Shown here one piece after another: positions 35,390 through 49,624 of a DNA stretch of 64,000 bases (positions within the stretch are counted from its first letter, which is position 1; each line of letters opens with the position of its first letter). Source of the stretch: Neocallimastix sp. 'constans'. Lineage: Eukaryota. Location: NCBI GenBank assembly GCA_050613775.1, contig JBODTK010000011.1, forward strand, positions 620,001-684,000. The letters are read 5' to 3'. The position numbers and the translations under genes were made by a program. A model generated the notes under the pieces. The model had not been told where the DNA came from. It was given only the letters and a program-made list of their open reading frames with translations, and ran no database searches.

Positions 35390-35994
35390 ATGAAATGGCC
35401 TCTAATTTTTCTCATTCATCAATGATACCTCCATAAGTATAAAAATCATCATTTGAAATATGTATCAGAATTTCTTCTTTACCCTATCGTTTCGACGTGG
35501 ACGCTCTTGACATCAATAGGTTCAAAGGTATACAAAATTAATCATAGTGTAAAATATCACTAATTGTAATAAGCATAATATTTGAAAGGAATATTCTGAA
35601 AGAAGACTGCCTCTAAGGTGATTTAAAAGATATTATTCATAAAATGAACCGATCTTTAAGGTTTCATAGACTACATTTCATCCAAGAAGGAAACAGAGTA
35701 TGTAAAAAATTAATACTAATCATCAAAATCCTCCTCTTTATCATCAAGAATGTTTTAATGATTACTCATGAACAATCAAAGAAAAAAAAAATATAATTTT
35801 CATTAACAAATTGGATATATTATTGCCTAAATTCCTCAAATTTATAACAAAAAAATATCCAGTGTGTAAAATTGAGTATACGCAATACTTACACAACAAC
35901 AAAGGTAACATGTAGGACAATCTTCTGATACTAGTTTGTTTCTTACATAAGATTTCATATCAAATTTGAATCCACATTTAATTTGTCCAATCCG

Positions 35995-36025
<31 letters not shown>

Positions 36026-37432
36026 AAAACAACCTAAATAAAAAAAGTTAAAATTAATAGTAAATAATTTTGATTGTAAATATTTTATAGAATTAAGTTT
36101 TAATATTATATGGTTCTCTAGATAATTATTGGTAAAGAAATGAAAATATTAATAAAGATAAATTACTTTTTTTTAAAAAAAAAGAGTAAAGGATATTAAA
36201 TATCAAAAATATATTTAAAAAATTGAAAATAAAAGTACAATTTTTTTAGACTAGAAAAAGAATATACTTATATTGTTTTATTTATTAATTATTTAAAAAT
36301 ATTAATATATTTTATACATTCAAATGTAAAATTATATAATAATATTAAAATAAAAAAGAATATATAAAAAATGGATCAAATAAAATAATATTAAAAAAAA
36401 TTTAATAAAAGTTAATGTAATACAATGAAAATAACAAGAAAATTTAAAAGTCATTAAAGTATTATGATATGAATAGATCATTTCTACCAAAAAAAAATAT
36501 TTAATAAAATAAAATAAAGAAGTAACATCTGTAAAGAAGATAGTATATAGGTCATCCAATACTCCCTCGAACCAAGAGAACTATTATTATATTATCAGGA
36601 GATTCAATTTCCATTGATTCGTTTTGTTAGGAGCGATAATTACTATTTTTGTAAGATGAGCTGGGAGGACAAGTAATAGAGTTTCTTCTTTGCCTTATCT
36701 GTTCGACATTGACTCTCTTGGTTGTGAAAGGTTTTTTTTTTTTTTTTTTTTTTTTTACTATACTAATCAAAAAGTAACTCAAGAGAACTACTAGCGACTA
36801 GTATAGTGCTGGTAAAGTAATCCGATAGGCTACCTATATTTAGAATATTAGACCAAGAACTCATTAACAGAAGTTCTTACAATTGTTTTTGTTCCCCAGT
36901 ATTAAATTATAGCTTACCTAAAGAAAAAGTTCCACCATGAAGGAACATAAAAATATATTAATTAATTTACTTTTCACAATCTAAAATAGATGAGTAGGAA
37001 GAAAATAAAAGTAAATTCATTATTTTACTTTCAAACAAAATAAAAATGTCATTGATGAAAATTAATGATTTCGGTCTAGCTTTTGGAAAAGTGGACCATT
37101 CAAATATTCAATGAATAAAAAAGACTAATCACCTTTACTACAATATGAACAGTATTTGGGGACAATTTTCTACAACTCAACCACTATTGAAGACAATAGT
37201 GATTATTATACTTATATTCATCCTATTTATCAAAAAACATCATTAATAAATAAATTAAATTAAATTAGGAGAAAGGGGGCACCCTTGGCGCTTTCCACAA
37301 TAAATGTCAAATTCGTTGAAAAAGTGAAAGCATATAAAAAAGAGGAGCACTTGCTTTAAAATATAAATACCGATAGAGAGAGGAAATTAATACTTTTACC
37401 ATGAATACTCAGATGAAGCAATTTAAATAAAA

Positions 37433-37467
<35 letters not shown>

Positions 37468-37750
37468 GGTACTAAATCATAAGTCTTTTTAAGATCCATG
37501 AAGGCTACATATGTAAACTCATTTTTAAATTTCCTTCTTAGATGTATTTCTCTGATAGAAATATAAAGACTAATACTATTCTTCATGATTCACGAAAACC
37601 TAAATTGTTCAAATCTGACAAATTCATTCTTAAAATGCATATTTTGAGGTTCTATTATAAGTTTCATATCGAAAAACAATGCTTTATAAAATTCAATGGG
37701 AATGCCATCAAGGCTCCAAGCCTTGATGGAATTAACAAAAGAAACTTTAA
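35390..37750 (-). mobile_element. Cluster of heavily degraded LINE-family fragments
   Basis: LVSEDCPTCYLCC (~35895-35935, cf. VSEDCPKYCPCC of the first LINE), AFMDLKKTYDLVP, RQGCPLSP (~37270-37290), CpG motif copies at 35482 and 36693. Confidence 0.75.
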
Positions 37751-38954
37751 CACATGAAACAATTATAGGATTATGATCCCAAAAACAAATTTATACATAC
37801 GGAAATAATATAATTTTATACAAGAGATATTCCGGACTAAAAAGTAAAAGTGTAAGGAGAATGAACACCAATTTATAAATCTCTCATTTCTGGAGTTTTT
37901 TTTTCATTGGCATGGAAAACTAGAATGTAATTGTAAAAAAAAAAAAAAAGGAAGAAGAGGAACATTCACTACCCTAAAAATTTACTATTAAGAGTTTCCT
38001 GAAGACATATACATACAGGTTTAAAGATTGAATTAAAATAAACAGCTCCCCACCCTTTTTTTTTTCATTATTCCAACCATCGATATTTTAGTTAGTACAT
38101 AAGTTAAAGAAAACGGAGTTTGAAGAAAGATGGCAAGAGAAAAAGACTTGAGGCATAAGAATGAGAAGGGAATCTAAAAGTTTGAAATTATTTTTAATAT
38201 TTTTTTTATTGAAATTTACCTAATTTTTTGGGGTATAAAAAGTTCAACATACACTATTTCCAACCAATTTTCGATGTAATAGAGAATTTTTCAATAATTT
38301 TAATGATGAAAACTAATTAGTATGTGTTGATTAGGGACATAAAATGATGAATATTTACTACTAATAAAAAAGAGATGATCAAATTTGAGATTTATTGTTT
38401 AAATTTATTATAATATAGAGTTGTATTGCTGACCAATCTTTGAGATCATGAATGAATATCGTGTAATATTTTTTTTTCAGTATTATTAAATTAGTGTTAG
38501 CCACTAAAGATTCGATAATATTCGTATAATTTCATATTGATTGTTTCAAATTAGTGATAGTTGATTAATTAAGTATTTAAATTCACTGAATATAATTAAT
38601 AAAAGTTGATAACGAGTTGTTATTTCAATATATAAAAATTGTGTTTGAATTTTATGTAGTATGTTTGTATTCCGGATTGAAATTAGTAGTAAAAAGATAA
38701 GAATATAAATATTAGAAAGAATTAAATGAACATACCATTAACAGATAATAATGGATGAAATAAATAGAAATAATTATAACATATTTGTTATGTATAATAT
38801 ACATTACGAATCAATGATATGTACTTGTACTACATTAGATTAACCTTAACTCAATATTAATATTATGATCATCATAATAAATATAATACATATTCTTAAA
38901 ATAAATATTATGTACATATTTAATTAAAAATATGTATAATATATTATCATTAGT

Positions 38955-39140
38955 ATATAATATATTACCATTAAAAATAATATATTACCATTGATAAATA
39001 ATAGGTTACCATTGATAAATAATATATTACTATTAATAAATAATATATTACTATTAATAAATAATATATTACTATTGATAAATAATAGGTTACCATTGAT
39101 AAATAATATATTACCACTGATATATAATATATTACCAATT
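38955..39140. repeat. Minisatellite, about 21-nt unit
   Basis: ATAATATATTACCATTGATAA variants repeated about 8 times. Confidence 0.85.
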
Positions 39141-39670
39141 ATATTTTACCAATAAATTATTTTTATTCAATTTACAATGACATTTTCATAGGAACATTAA
39201 AACATAATTAGTATTTTTTTGTTAATTTTTTTTTATTATTATTTAGCAAATAATAATATACTTTATTATAATTTTATAATGAATATATTTTAATAGTAAT
39301 ATATACTTTATTAAAAAAAATAAAAAATTAATGATAGCTACAATAAAGAATAATATATTTTATTTTATAATGAATATTATAATATATAGATAATATATAT
39401 AAACTTTTTAATTTTAAATTTTGTATAGAAAAAAACTTTATAAAAAAAGAATAAACAAAAAATATTATTAATAATAAAAATAAGTAATCAAGTAATATAA
39501 ATTTAGATATGTGAAAATAATAAAAAGTTATATGTTATAATCAAAAAATGAATAAACAAAAATATTTAATTGGATTCAGACATTGTTGAGTGAGAAAATT
39601 ATTTTATTGAGTTAAACTTTCATTGTTACTGGATTTATTTTTTCTGCATATATTATTATTAATGTTAACA

Positions 39671-41344
39671 TTAATAGTAATTTCTTGGTTTCTTAGGAGT
39701 GGCCTTCTTTCCTCTACACCTACAACAGAGAGAAAAAAGCAAAAGAATAACAGTTAAAATACTTTGAAGAAAATTTAAGAAATTATCAAATAAAGATGAA
39801 TCATTTCCTTTTGATGAGTCAGTATTGTTATAATAATAATAATTGATGTTGCTACTATTATTGATATTATTGCTATTAATTGTATTGTTATTGCTACTTC
39901 CACTGCCACCATTGCGTTTTTCAATATAACTAATAAAACCAAGATCAATATTTTGATCAACATCGCTATTTCAAAAAATATATGTGAATATTAACATATA
40001 TTGATAAATTTTATTTAAATATAATAATATTATTATCAATATTAATAATAACATAATAATAATAAAAGATGGATTTTTTAAAATATATATATATATATAG
40101 ATAAATATATATATAACTTAAAATAATTACAAGTTTTCTAATTTTTGTAAGCGTTTAATTTCGATAGGAACAGAACCATATAAATTATTTTCTTTTAAGT
40201 TTCTATTTAAATAAAAATATAATTTTTAACAATAAAAATAATTATTATATAATATTTAATAATATTTAATAATATTGTTTAAAAAATTAATATAATTATT
40301 ACAGAGTTTTTAAATTTTTTAAGTTTCCAAGCTCCGAGGGGAGGATACCAGTAAAATTATTTCTTTCTAGAACCCTATATTTAAAAAAAGCAATAAAATG
40401 TATGTATTTATAATGAATGAGTTATAAGATTAATATAGTATTTCAAAAATTAAATAATAAAATATTTACAATATCTCTAAATTAATTAATTTTCCTAGTT
40501 CCGGTATAATTTGACCAGATAAGTTATTTCCACTTAAATCTCTATAGTAGTTAATAAATATATTTTAATTTATATATTTATATGTTATAATCATAATCAT
40601 ATAGTATTATTTTTTAAATTTAAATATATGATATAAAAGTACAATTCTTTTAAATTAGTTAATCTTCCTATTTCCGAAGGGAGAGACCCACTTAAATTAT
40701 TATTATGTAATACTCTAAAATATTCAAAAAGATTAAATGTAACATATTAATATTGCTTTTATTCATTTAAAGAAAAAATAACATAAATTTTTATAAACAA
40801 ATATAAAATTACAGTGATTTTAAGTGAAATAAATCTCCGATATTTCTTGGAATTGAGGTACTTAAATTATTTGAGTATAATTTTCTGTTATAATATATAT
40901 ATATATATAATTATAATTTGTTATCAAATATAAAATTATATAATATTTATGAAATAATATTTATAATAAAATAATATAAAATTTGTAAATAAGGTAAATT
41001 ATTATTAAATAATAATTTTTGATATAAGAGAGAGTATATATTTTCAAAAAAAAATTAAACAATAAAAATAAATATATTTATTTTATTTAATTATATAATT
41101 TATATTATAAAAGAATAGAAAATAATATGTATTTAAAAAAAAATTTAAGAATATAATTTTACATTTCAATTATATGATCATCAATATCAGTATGAGCACA
41201 TTGAATTCCATTTTCTATACAACATGCATTTCCTTTTAGATCTTTTCCTAAAAGAGTGTTTACTATCTTACATTCTGATTCAACATCTGCAAAAATTAAT
41301 TTTGCAGTAATAACTAAAATAAATAATAAATAATATATATACAT
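39671..41344 (-). CDS. LRR receptor-like membrane protein: signal peptide, Cys cap, five plant-type LRRs, Asn/Ser stalk, one TM, short basic tail; 7 exons
   Basis: Exons 41344-41163, 40884-40813, 40714-40643, 40541-40470, 40374-40303, 40202-40131, 39965-39671, all GT-AG. LRRs such as VLHNNNLSGSLPSEIGRLTNLKEL; C-terminus FLNFLQSILTVILLLFSLCCRCRGKKATPKKPRNYY*. Confidence 0.9.
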
Positions 41345-41508
41345 TTTTTTTTCTTTTTTGCAAAAAAATAAATATAAATTAACAAATATTATTTTAAAAA
41401 AAATTAAGAAAAAAAATAAACAAAGAAGGGAATTCTTACATTTAAATACATTCTACTCTTTAATAAACTAAAATGGAAAAAAAGGAAATTATTAAAAAAT
41501 CAATAAAC

Positions 41509-41548
<40 letters not shown>

Positions 41549-42923
41549 GAATTAATAATCTTAATATGTTGTAATATATTAATAAATAAAATGCTTTTAT
41601 ACTCTAATATTAATGAAATAAGATATTCTTTAATTCGTATCTCGATTTATTAATAAATTTAATATATTAATAATTATTATCATATATTCCAAAATTCCAT
41701 TGATTTTTATATAATTGAATCTTAAAGGAATCAATTACACTATATATTATTTTAAATATTATAAATATATTTATTTATTTATTTATTTATTTATTTATTA
41801 ATACTTTTTTTTTTCATTTATTACGAGACATTATTTTAAATTCAAATAATATATATATATATATATAACTTTTTTTTTTTTTATTAATTTCAATTTGGGG
41901 TTTCCAAGCCTTCCCTTTCTATTATTCTATTACCAATCAACTATTCATTCATATAACATTGTTATATTGGTTCATATAGAATTTTTTTATTTCTATGTTC
42001 AAATAATTTGTTTTTCTTAAATTATATAATCTTTAAATCTACAAATTAATTTTAAGAACTTTATTAATTATAATTTTACTTTAGGATTTTTTTTTGAAAA
42101 AATGAATTATTTTTTTCTAAGAAGTACATTTTCATTGCATTGGGAAAACTTTTTCTCTTCAGAATAAAGGAACAAAATCGCTACATAGATATTGGTTTAG
42201 TTAAAATAAGAGTATTAATATTGGAAAGTTCTTTTCATTAAATTTTTTTTTTTTTTAATTTAATGTAATTTATAATAGTCAAAAAGAGAACAAGGGTTTG
42301 GTTAATGTAGAAAACCTAATAACATTTTATTTTTTTTTTATTAATAATTTATTACATATATATATTTTTAACTTTTTTAACTTTTTTTTTCAAGTCTTAG
42401 AAATGTTACACTAATAAAAAAAAAAAATTAAGAAAAACAAGATGCACCGTCTAATCTATTCTTTTATATCTCTTTTATATGATTTTTGTCATAGTCCTAT
42501 TATCATTATTCCAATAATAGTTTTATATTAGACTATTATTGTCTGTTTATACATTAAATACAGAATCTCTATATTTGAACTAACAAATATATTTACAGAA
42601 ATAATGATTATTTCAAGTATCAAAAAAATTTTAATTTATTCATATTATAAGAAAGCTATTTCATTAAATATGTCACGTGTTTAATTTATACCAAAAAAAA
42701 TTAATAATTTTAAATAAATTAAAGTTATCTGAAATTTTGGTAAAAGTATGTTTCATTTTTGATGAAATAATTTAACGCCAAAAAAATTTTTTCTTATAAA
42801 TAAATAGAAAAATAAATAAATATAAATAAGTAAATAGAAAATAAATATATAAATAAATAAAAATATATAAATAAATAAATTAAAAATAAATGTTTTAAAA
42901 TTCTATATATATTTGTTATATTA

Positions 42924-42969
<46 letters not shown>

Positions 42970-43700
42970 GAAAGCAATAATTTTAAATATTTTGCTTAGA
43001 GTATTGCATTTCGTAAAATACTTAAAAAATAAACATAAAGTTGAAAAAAATTATTTTCTTTTCTAAACTTTATAAAAATATTTATTATTAAAGAATATTT
43101 ACCTTTTTTAAAAGGTATATAAAGTTTTTAATATTTATATTAATATAAAAAAATATTTTATTTTTATACATTTTCATTAATTTATTTATATATAGGATAA
43201 TCCGTCATATTTCAAAAATGTAAAAATAAATGACACCATAATTTATATAAAACTTCATTGTAAAATGAAACAATCCCTGTAAAAAAGCAGTAATTAAAAT
43301 TATTAGCATTACAAAAATAGTATCCAGTAATTATTTACCATGATATTAAACCCCATCATAAATTACATTTTTATTATTCTTTTAAATAAAATAAAATAAA
43401 AGGTTAGTTTCTTAACTATTTATTTTATTTTATATTACATATCTATTATATTTATTTTTTTAGAAAAAAGTTATTTTTAATGATTTCTAATTTCAAATTA
43501 TTAATATAACCAGGGTGTTTCTCTCTTTACAATTTCAGGCTTTCAATTAAAAATATTTAAAAAGAATCAAAAAATAAATAAATAAATAAATAAAAAATGA
43601 AATTGATTATGAGAAGAAAAGGTTATTGAAAAATCTTCTGATCGTGAAATAAATAATTAAATAAATAAATAAATATTTAGACTGTGTCAAAAAGAAATGA

Positions 43701-43758
<58 letters not shown>

Positions 43759-44178
43759 TGAACTAGAATTTATATTATTAGTATTAAATTATTCATTATA
43801 TAATTTTTTATTAAATGTTTTTTCATTATGAAAAGGTTGAATTTGATTATCAATGGTTTCCTTAGGATTTTGAATAATAATGACTCCTATTGAATTTGGA
43901 GTATATTGTTGTTATTATTGGTAGCATTACCATTACCAATTGGATTTTGATTAACTAATGATTCTCTATAGTTGTATTGAATAAAATTTAAAGGAGGGGT
44001 AGACATAGGGTTGTTCATATCCATATTCATAACCATATTATTTATATTCATATTCATTAGATAACTACCAGTTTGGGCAATGAAAATCCTTTGTAAATAT
44101 TTTTTGAGGAAAAATAAGTAACTTTTATAATTACTGTTGTTGTTATTATTATTGTTTAGATTTGGATTTATAGGTTCT

Positions 44179-44820
44179 TGATATGAATAACAAAATAAAC
44201 GTATTAACTAATTTATATAAAACACAAATATAAATACACTTTAATAAATTACATAATAAATAAATATATAAAATAATATGAATAAATACATAGTATAATT
44301 ATTAAGAAATTATCACTCCCCCTTACGTAAGATTTTTATATAAAATTATTATTTATAAATTTTAGAATTTTTTTTGTTAAATATATCAGCTAGCAAGTTT
44401 TCAGTGTCTATATATTATAAATTTATTCTTGTCTTTAATATGTTGCTTCTATTAAAATGATACCTAGCATCTATATGTTTTAATTTTGTATTATTTCACC
44501 ATTTTCCATGATATATTTACTTTTTTAATTATTAGTATGGATTATTATATTTAATTTCTTATTTAATATTTCAATAATATTCCTTAACCATAGAATTTTC
44601 TTGACACTTTCTGAAGTATTTATATATTCATCTTCTAAGGTAGAAGTAGAAACACATAATTGTTTTTAGATATCCAGTATTATAGGACTTTTTCTTATTT
44701 AAAAGAATTCCACTTGAATTAGATTTTCTATTAGTATTATCATCTGAGAAATCTGAGTTCATGTATGCAATTAACTCACTCCTTTTCCATCATATTTATT
44801 TTTATAATCTTTCGCGCTAT
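44179..44820 (-). mobile_element. Ty1/Copia 3' relic: RNase H, PPT and start of 3' LTR
   Basis: KHIDARYHF and DTENLLADIF motifs; PPT AAGGGGGAG (44324-44316) followed by TGATA at 44315; far LTR boundary uncertain. Confidence 0.8.
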
Positions 44821-46855
44821 TTAGATTATGATTAATTTATTTAATCAAATAATATATATACATTTTTATAAATAATAATTAATTTAGATATTCATTCCTT
44901 TAATTTTTCATGTAAATGATACAAAGGGGGTTATTATCTTAATCTAATAGAGAGTTAGAAATAGTAAAAGATTGTATCAATATAAAAAGAAAAAAAAAGT
45001 TTAAATAGTACAATTATTTAAAAGTATTTTATTGTAACATATTTGTTTTAGTTTAAACTTTTATTTTATTTATTAATGGTTTAATTTTACATAAAGATAA
45101 TAATAATAATAAAAATTTAAATATGATTATTAAATAAAAATTAATTATAAATACTAATCTAAATAATATGAAGATTTATTATTATAGATTAATTATAAAA
45201 TTTAATAACAAAGAATAATTGATTAAAGAAAATATTTATATTAATTTATATTTTTCAAAAGAATTAAACTATTTTACATTTTAAATAATAAAAGAATTAA
45301 AAGGAATTAAAAGGAAATAAAACTAGATTATTTATTTACATGTTTACTATTTATAAGATTATATTCAAATTTACTTACAAATTTATTTAATAAAAGAAAG
45401 TTACTTTTAAAGTAATGATTTCTTATTAGAAATGACTAGGATTAAACATGTTAGAGTTAAAATTTTAATTAAGGAATTGATAATATATATAATAAAAAAA
45501 AATACATTTTTATTACATTTTAGAATATTATTGAATAAGTTTTGTTATTAGTTATTGTTGATAGTTTGTTTTATAATTTTTTTTTCTTTTTGTTATTTTA
45601 TCTCTTATTTATTTTTATTATTAAGGTTTTATTTTAGAGGAATAACTTATATCTATAAAGTTGTATTTTGTGTTTTCAATTAAGGTGTAATTTTATCATA
45701 AAAATTTTATTTTCCACGAAATTTCAATTTTAAATTTTTAATTAAATTTTAATTAAGGAAAAATTTTTATTATAATTTTTCCTAGAATAAGATTATTAAT
45801 TAAAGAAAATTTTTTATTATAATTTTTCCTAGAAAAAAAATTGTATATAAAAGTTTAATTTAATTTAATTTAATTTTAGGTTTATAGTTGGTTATCAATT
45901 TAATAATTGGATTTAATTTTGGATTAGGTTAGAATAATTAATTATTATACTAAGAGTTGATTTATAATTTCATTATATTTCATAAAATTTGTCAAAGGTA
46001 CATTCTAAGTACGACCAATCATATTAACAATAATGTGGATATGTAAGTATATTATTGAGTAGTATAATACATTATGTATTATACCTAAATTGGTTATATT
46101 AATTCTAATATTGATATAAAGATTTGGAGGTGGTGCATTTCGGAACGTGGCTTTATATGAAATCCGGCGTACTTTAAAAACCTTTAATGTATAGGTGGCT
46201 TAAATTATTTTCAATAAATAAATAGTACTTAAATTTTTAGAATGTGGTCCATTTCGCCAATTTTTTTTTTTTTTTGAAATTTTAATAAGCCATCTATTTA
46301 TTTGTGGCTTTTAAAATTTATATTATTACGCCATAAAATTTAATATAATTTTAAATAAAAAAGAAATAAATGTATAAATAAATAAGTAAATAAATAAATA
46401 AATAAAAATTAAAAAGGTCAATAAAAAATAAAATATTTTTATATAATTTTTTTTTTTTTGACAATCATGTTATAAGGAAAATGATAAATAATTATTTTCC
46501 TTATAACCTTATTTTTTAATTTTATTATTAATATTTATATTATATTTTTATATTTTATATTTTATTATTGATATTATATTTTTATATTTTTCTATTAATA
46601 TTATATTTTTCTATTTTTCTATTTTTATATTTTATTATTAATAGCAATATAATATTTTTATATTTTATTATTAAAAAATTTTATTTTATAAATTTATATT
46701 TAAATTAATATTATTTAAAATATTAATTTTTTATATTATAACTAAAACTTTAGTTGTTATTATTATAACATCTTAATAATAGAATTAAACCTTTTATTTT
46801 ATATATAATTTATAAATAAAATATTAAATAATAATAAAAATTACAAAATAATGTT

Positions 46856-47421
46856 TTTATAAGACTTAAATTATAGCTGTAAATTGAAATTTCAAAAATT
46901 AAAATTTGTTGTTCACATTTCAATTACTATTTATATATTACAGCAACCGTTTTGTAGAGATATATAAATAAGTTTTTTACACATATGAATTCACATGTCT
47001 ATCCCATATTATATATATGGGCTTGTAAAGAACATATATACTTTGGTATATATATCTTATACTATATCAGTACGACGTCGGCGCTCCAAATTCCTAAGCA
47101 GAGGTAGCTCCAGTAGACATGTCTTGCCAAATAACATCCGTGTTATCCTATAGAAATTGAACTCGTAACCCTCACAGTATAGGCTATACAACTACACTAG
47201 GATGCCATGGGTGATCAAATATAGAAATTAAATACGTGGCAATCCAATAATGGTAGGAGCGGAATTAATACTTACCTGAAATTGTGCCATTATAACCCCT
47301 TTACCCTTTCTCCAAACACTATCGGGAAAATTAGATCAAGAATAGATACCAGCAGGGGTTGGCCGGACACCAGATGATTATTAAGTCGCCACATAACAAC
47401 CAGTAGAAAGCCCAGTTCTAC
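46856..47421 (-). mobile_element. SINE-like insertion inside the MULE left arm, with an internal tRNA-like module
   Basis: GC-richer island; AAGTCTT 3' end at ~46861; CpG motif 47065-47086; minus-strand A-box-like TAGTGTAGTTG (47199-47189) and B-box-like GAGTTCAATTTC (47164-47153) closed by ATCCTA/TAGGAT; 5' end TAGAACT as in the 21832 element. Confidence 0.55.
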
Positions 47422-47839
47422 TTTATATGCTAAAAAATGCTATATATATTTGTTGTTTTAAAAAGACTTAAAAGTTAATAATTTAATTAGATTATAATAT
47501 AAATAAAATAATTAATTAATTCATAAATTCTTTATTAGTATATATTAAAAAAAATAATTAATATTAATTTAGAATAAATAAATAATTAAAATTTTTTTAT
47601 ATACATTAAATAAATAATTTATTTTTAAATAATAAAAATTAAAATATTTTCATATATACTTTATGTATCTGTTTTTTTTTAAAAAAAATTAAAAGAAAAA
47701 GAAATAATTAAAATACTTTTTATCTTTTAAAAAAAATTGAATATTTAATTGTTCAGAATTAATATTAAAAAATAATATTTAGATAATTAATATAATAATT
47801 TAAAAGATATAATTAAAAACTATATATTAAAATTTATAA

Positions 47840-49132
47840 ATGGAAGAAAACATAACTATTTATATAAGTGAGTCTAATAAAGGAGAAGAACAAATCATTA
47901 TTAATAAACAATATAAATTTAATTTTTCACATTCAAGGAAAGATAATTCAAGAGTTTATAAATGTACCGAATATAAAAAAAATAATAAATGTAAATCTTT
48001 TATTATTTTAAATAATGAGAAAGAAATCTTAAAATATGAGAGTTTACATAATCATCCTGGAAACGAATATAGTGTATCCCTATCTGTAATGAAACATAAA
48101 ATTAAAGATGAAATTAAAAAACATTCAAATCCTTTTGATATAAAACGAAAAAGACTATATAATGAAATTTCTAAAGAAATGGGATTTATATATCCGTGTC
48201 CAGAATATATTTCAGTTAAAACTCTAATATTAAGAAGTATTAATAAAAAACTACCATCCAATGTAACAACTTTTAATGAAATTCCTAATGAATCTGAATA
48301 TTATAAAACTGAACGAAATGAAGATTTTATGATATTCAAAAATTCTGATTTAGTAATTTTTCAATCCCCTTTTCAAGCAAAATTATTTAAGAAATATAAT
48401 AATGATATATTTGTGGATGGTACTTTTTATATCGCACCTAAATTTAGTCAACAAGTGTTTATTACTAGAACTTACGTTAAAGAATTGAATAGTTTTTATA
48501 CTACTTCTTATGCAATATTAAGAAATAAAAAGCAAAAAACATATAAAATGTTATTCAATAAATTAAAACAAAATTCTAATAATAATATTATAACTGAACC
48601 AAAAAATGTACATTGCGATTTTGAAAAAGGCATATCCAAAGCAGTTAAAAAAATATTTCCTAATATAAATATTAAATACTGTATTTGGCATTATAAAAAT
48701 TTATTAGAAATTAAAAAAAATGAATTGTGCCGTAATGAAGTGAACGATGATGAAAAAATATTTAATTATTACAAAGGAATTTCAAACTTACCATTTATCA
48801 ACCCTGAATACATAATGGATATTTTTTCATTAATTAAAACTAAATCCATTGAAAAAAATTCTTGTCAATTTTTAAAATTTTTAGAATATTTTTATGAAAC
48901 ATATTTAATTGGTTACGATATGAAAAGTTGGAATTATTATAATAATATTGAACATATAACCAATAATGCTTCAGAATCACTCAATAATTCTTTAAATAAA
49001 TTATTTCCAATGAAACCAAATTTTTATGAATTAATAAATAAATTAAAAGAACAGGAACATTTATCATATTATGATTACCAAATGAAAATAAAAGGAATTT
49101 GGAGAATAAAAAAAAATAAAAACAAAAACTGA
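47840..49132 (+). CDS. MULE DDE transposase with N-terminal FLYWCH/WRKY-like zinc finger; C-terminus probably frameshifted
   Basis: YKC..C...HNH finger; FVDGTF, HCDFE, CIWH, TNNASESLN catalytic motifs. After the A-run at ~49108 another frame continues as KTDEINIL...LWFECL. Confidence 0.92.
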   Translation: MEENITIYISESNKGEEQIIINKQYKFNFSHSRKDNSRVYKCTEYKKNNKCKSFIILNNEKEILKYESLHNHPGNEYSVSLSVMKHKIKDEIKKHSNPFDIKRKRLYNEISKEMGFIYPCPEYISVKTLILRSINKKLPSNVTTFNEIPNESEYYKTERNEDFMIFKNSDLVIFQSPFQAKLFKKYNNDIFVDGTFYIAPKFSQQVFITRTYVKELNSFYTTSYAILRNKKQKTYKMLFNKLKQNSNNNIITEPKNVHCDFEKGISKAVKKIFPNINIKYCIWHYKNLLEIKKNELCRNEVNDDEKIFNYYKGISNLPFINPEYIMDIFSLIKTKSIEKNSCQFLKFLEYFYETYLIGYDMKSWNYYNNIEHITNNASESLNNSLNKLFPMKPNFYELINKLKEQEHLSYYDYQMKIKGIWRIKKNKNKN

Positions 49133-49624
49133 TGAAATTAATATCTTAATTGAAAAATACAAAAATAAAGAAGCCAAGTTAATTAATATTAAATATGATA
49201 GAAGTGATCTTACTAAATTGTGGTTTGAATGTTTAATTAATTTAAATAATATTTTATAAATATTATTTAATAATAAATAATTATGAAATGACAGAGGAAT
49301 TTCCAAAAGAAAAAATCATTAAAATTCTTTCATACAAAAACTTATAATTAAATTTATTAATTAAAATTTTATAATTATTAAAAAGTTAAAATGTTTATAT
49401 ACTTGATAAAATTTATGTAGTTTAAATAATTATTCTATAATTTTATTATTATAATTTATTTTATTAATAATTGTTTAAATATTTTATTAATATTTTTTTT
49501 AAAATAAATAATCCTATATTTTTATACTTTATTATTAATATCAATAATATATTTTTATATTTTTATATTTTATTATTAATATTTATAATTAATTTTATTA
49601 ATAATTGTTTAAATATTTTATTAA

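Noticed and set aside
43750..44178. Asn-rich coding-like stretch on the minus strand
   Set aside because: Contains stops and no identifiable motif; cannot be assigned.
47268..47278. ATACTTACCTG, identical to the U1 snRNA 5' end (similar at 7741)
   Set aside because: No U1 stem-loops or Sm site follow; better read as a minus-strand splice donor. The 7741 site fits a 5' UTR intron of the M13 gene.
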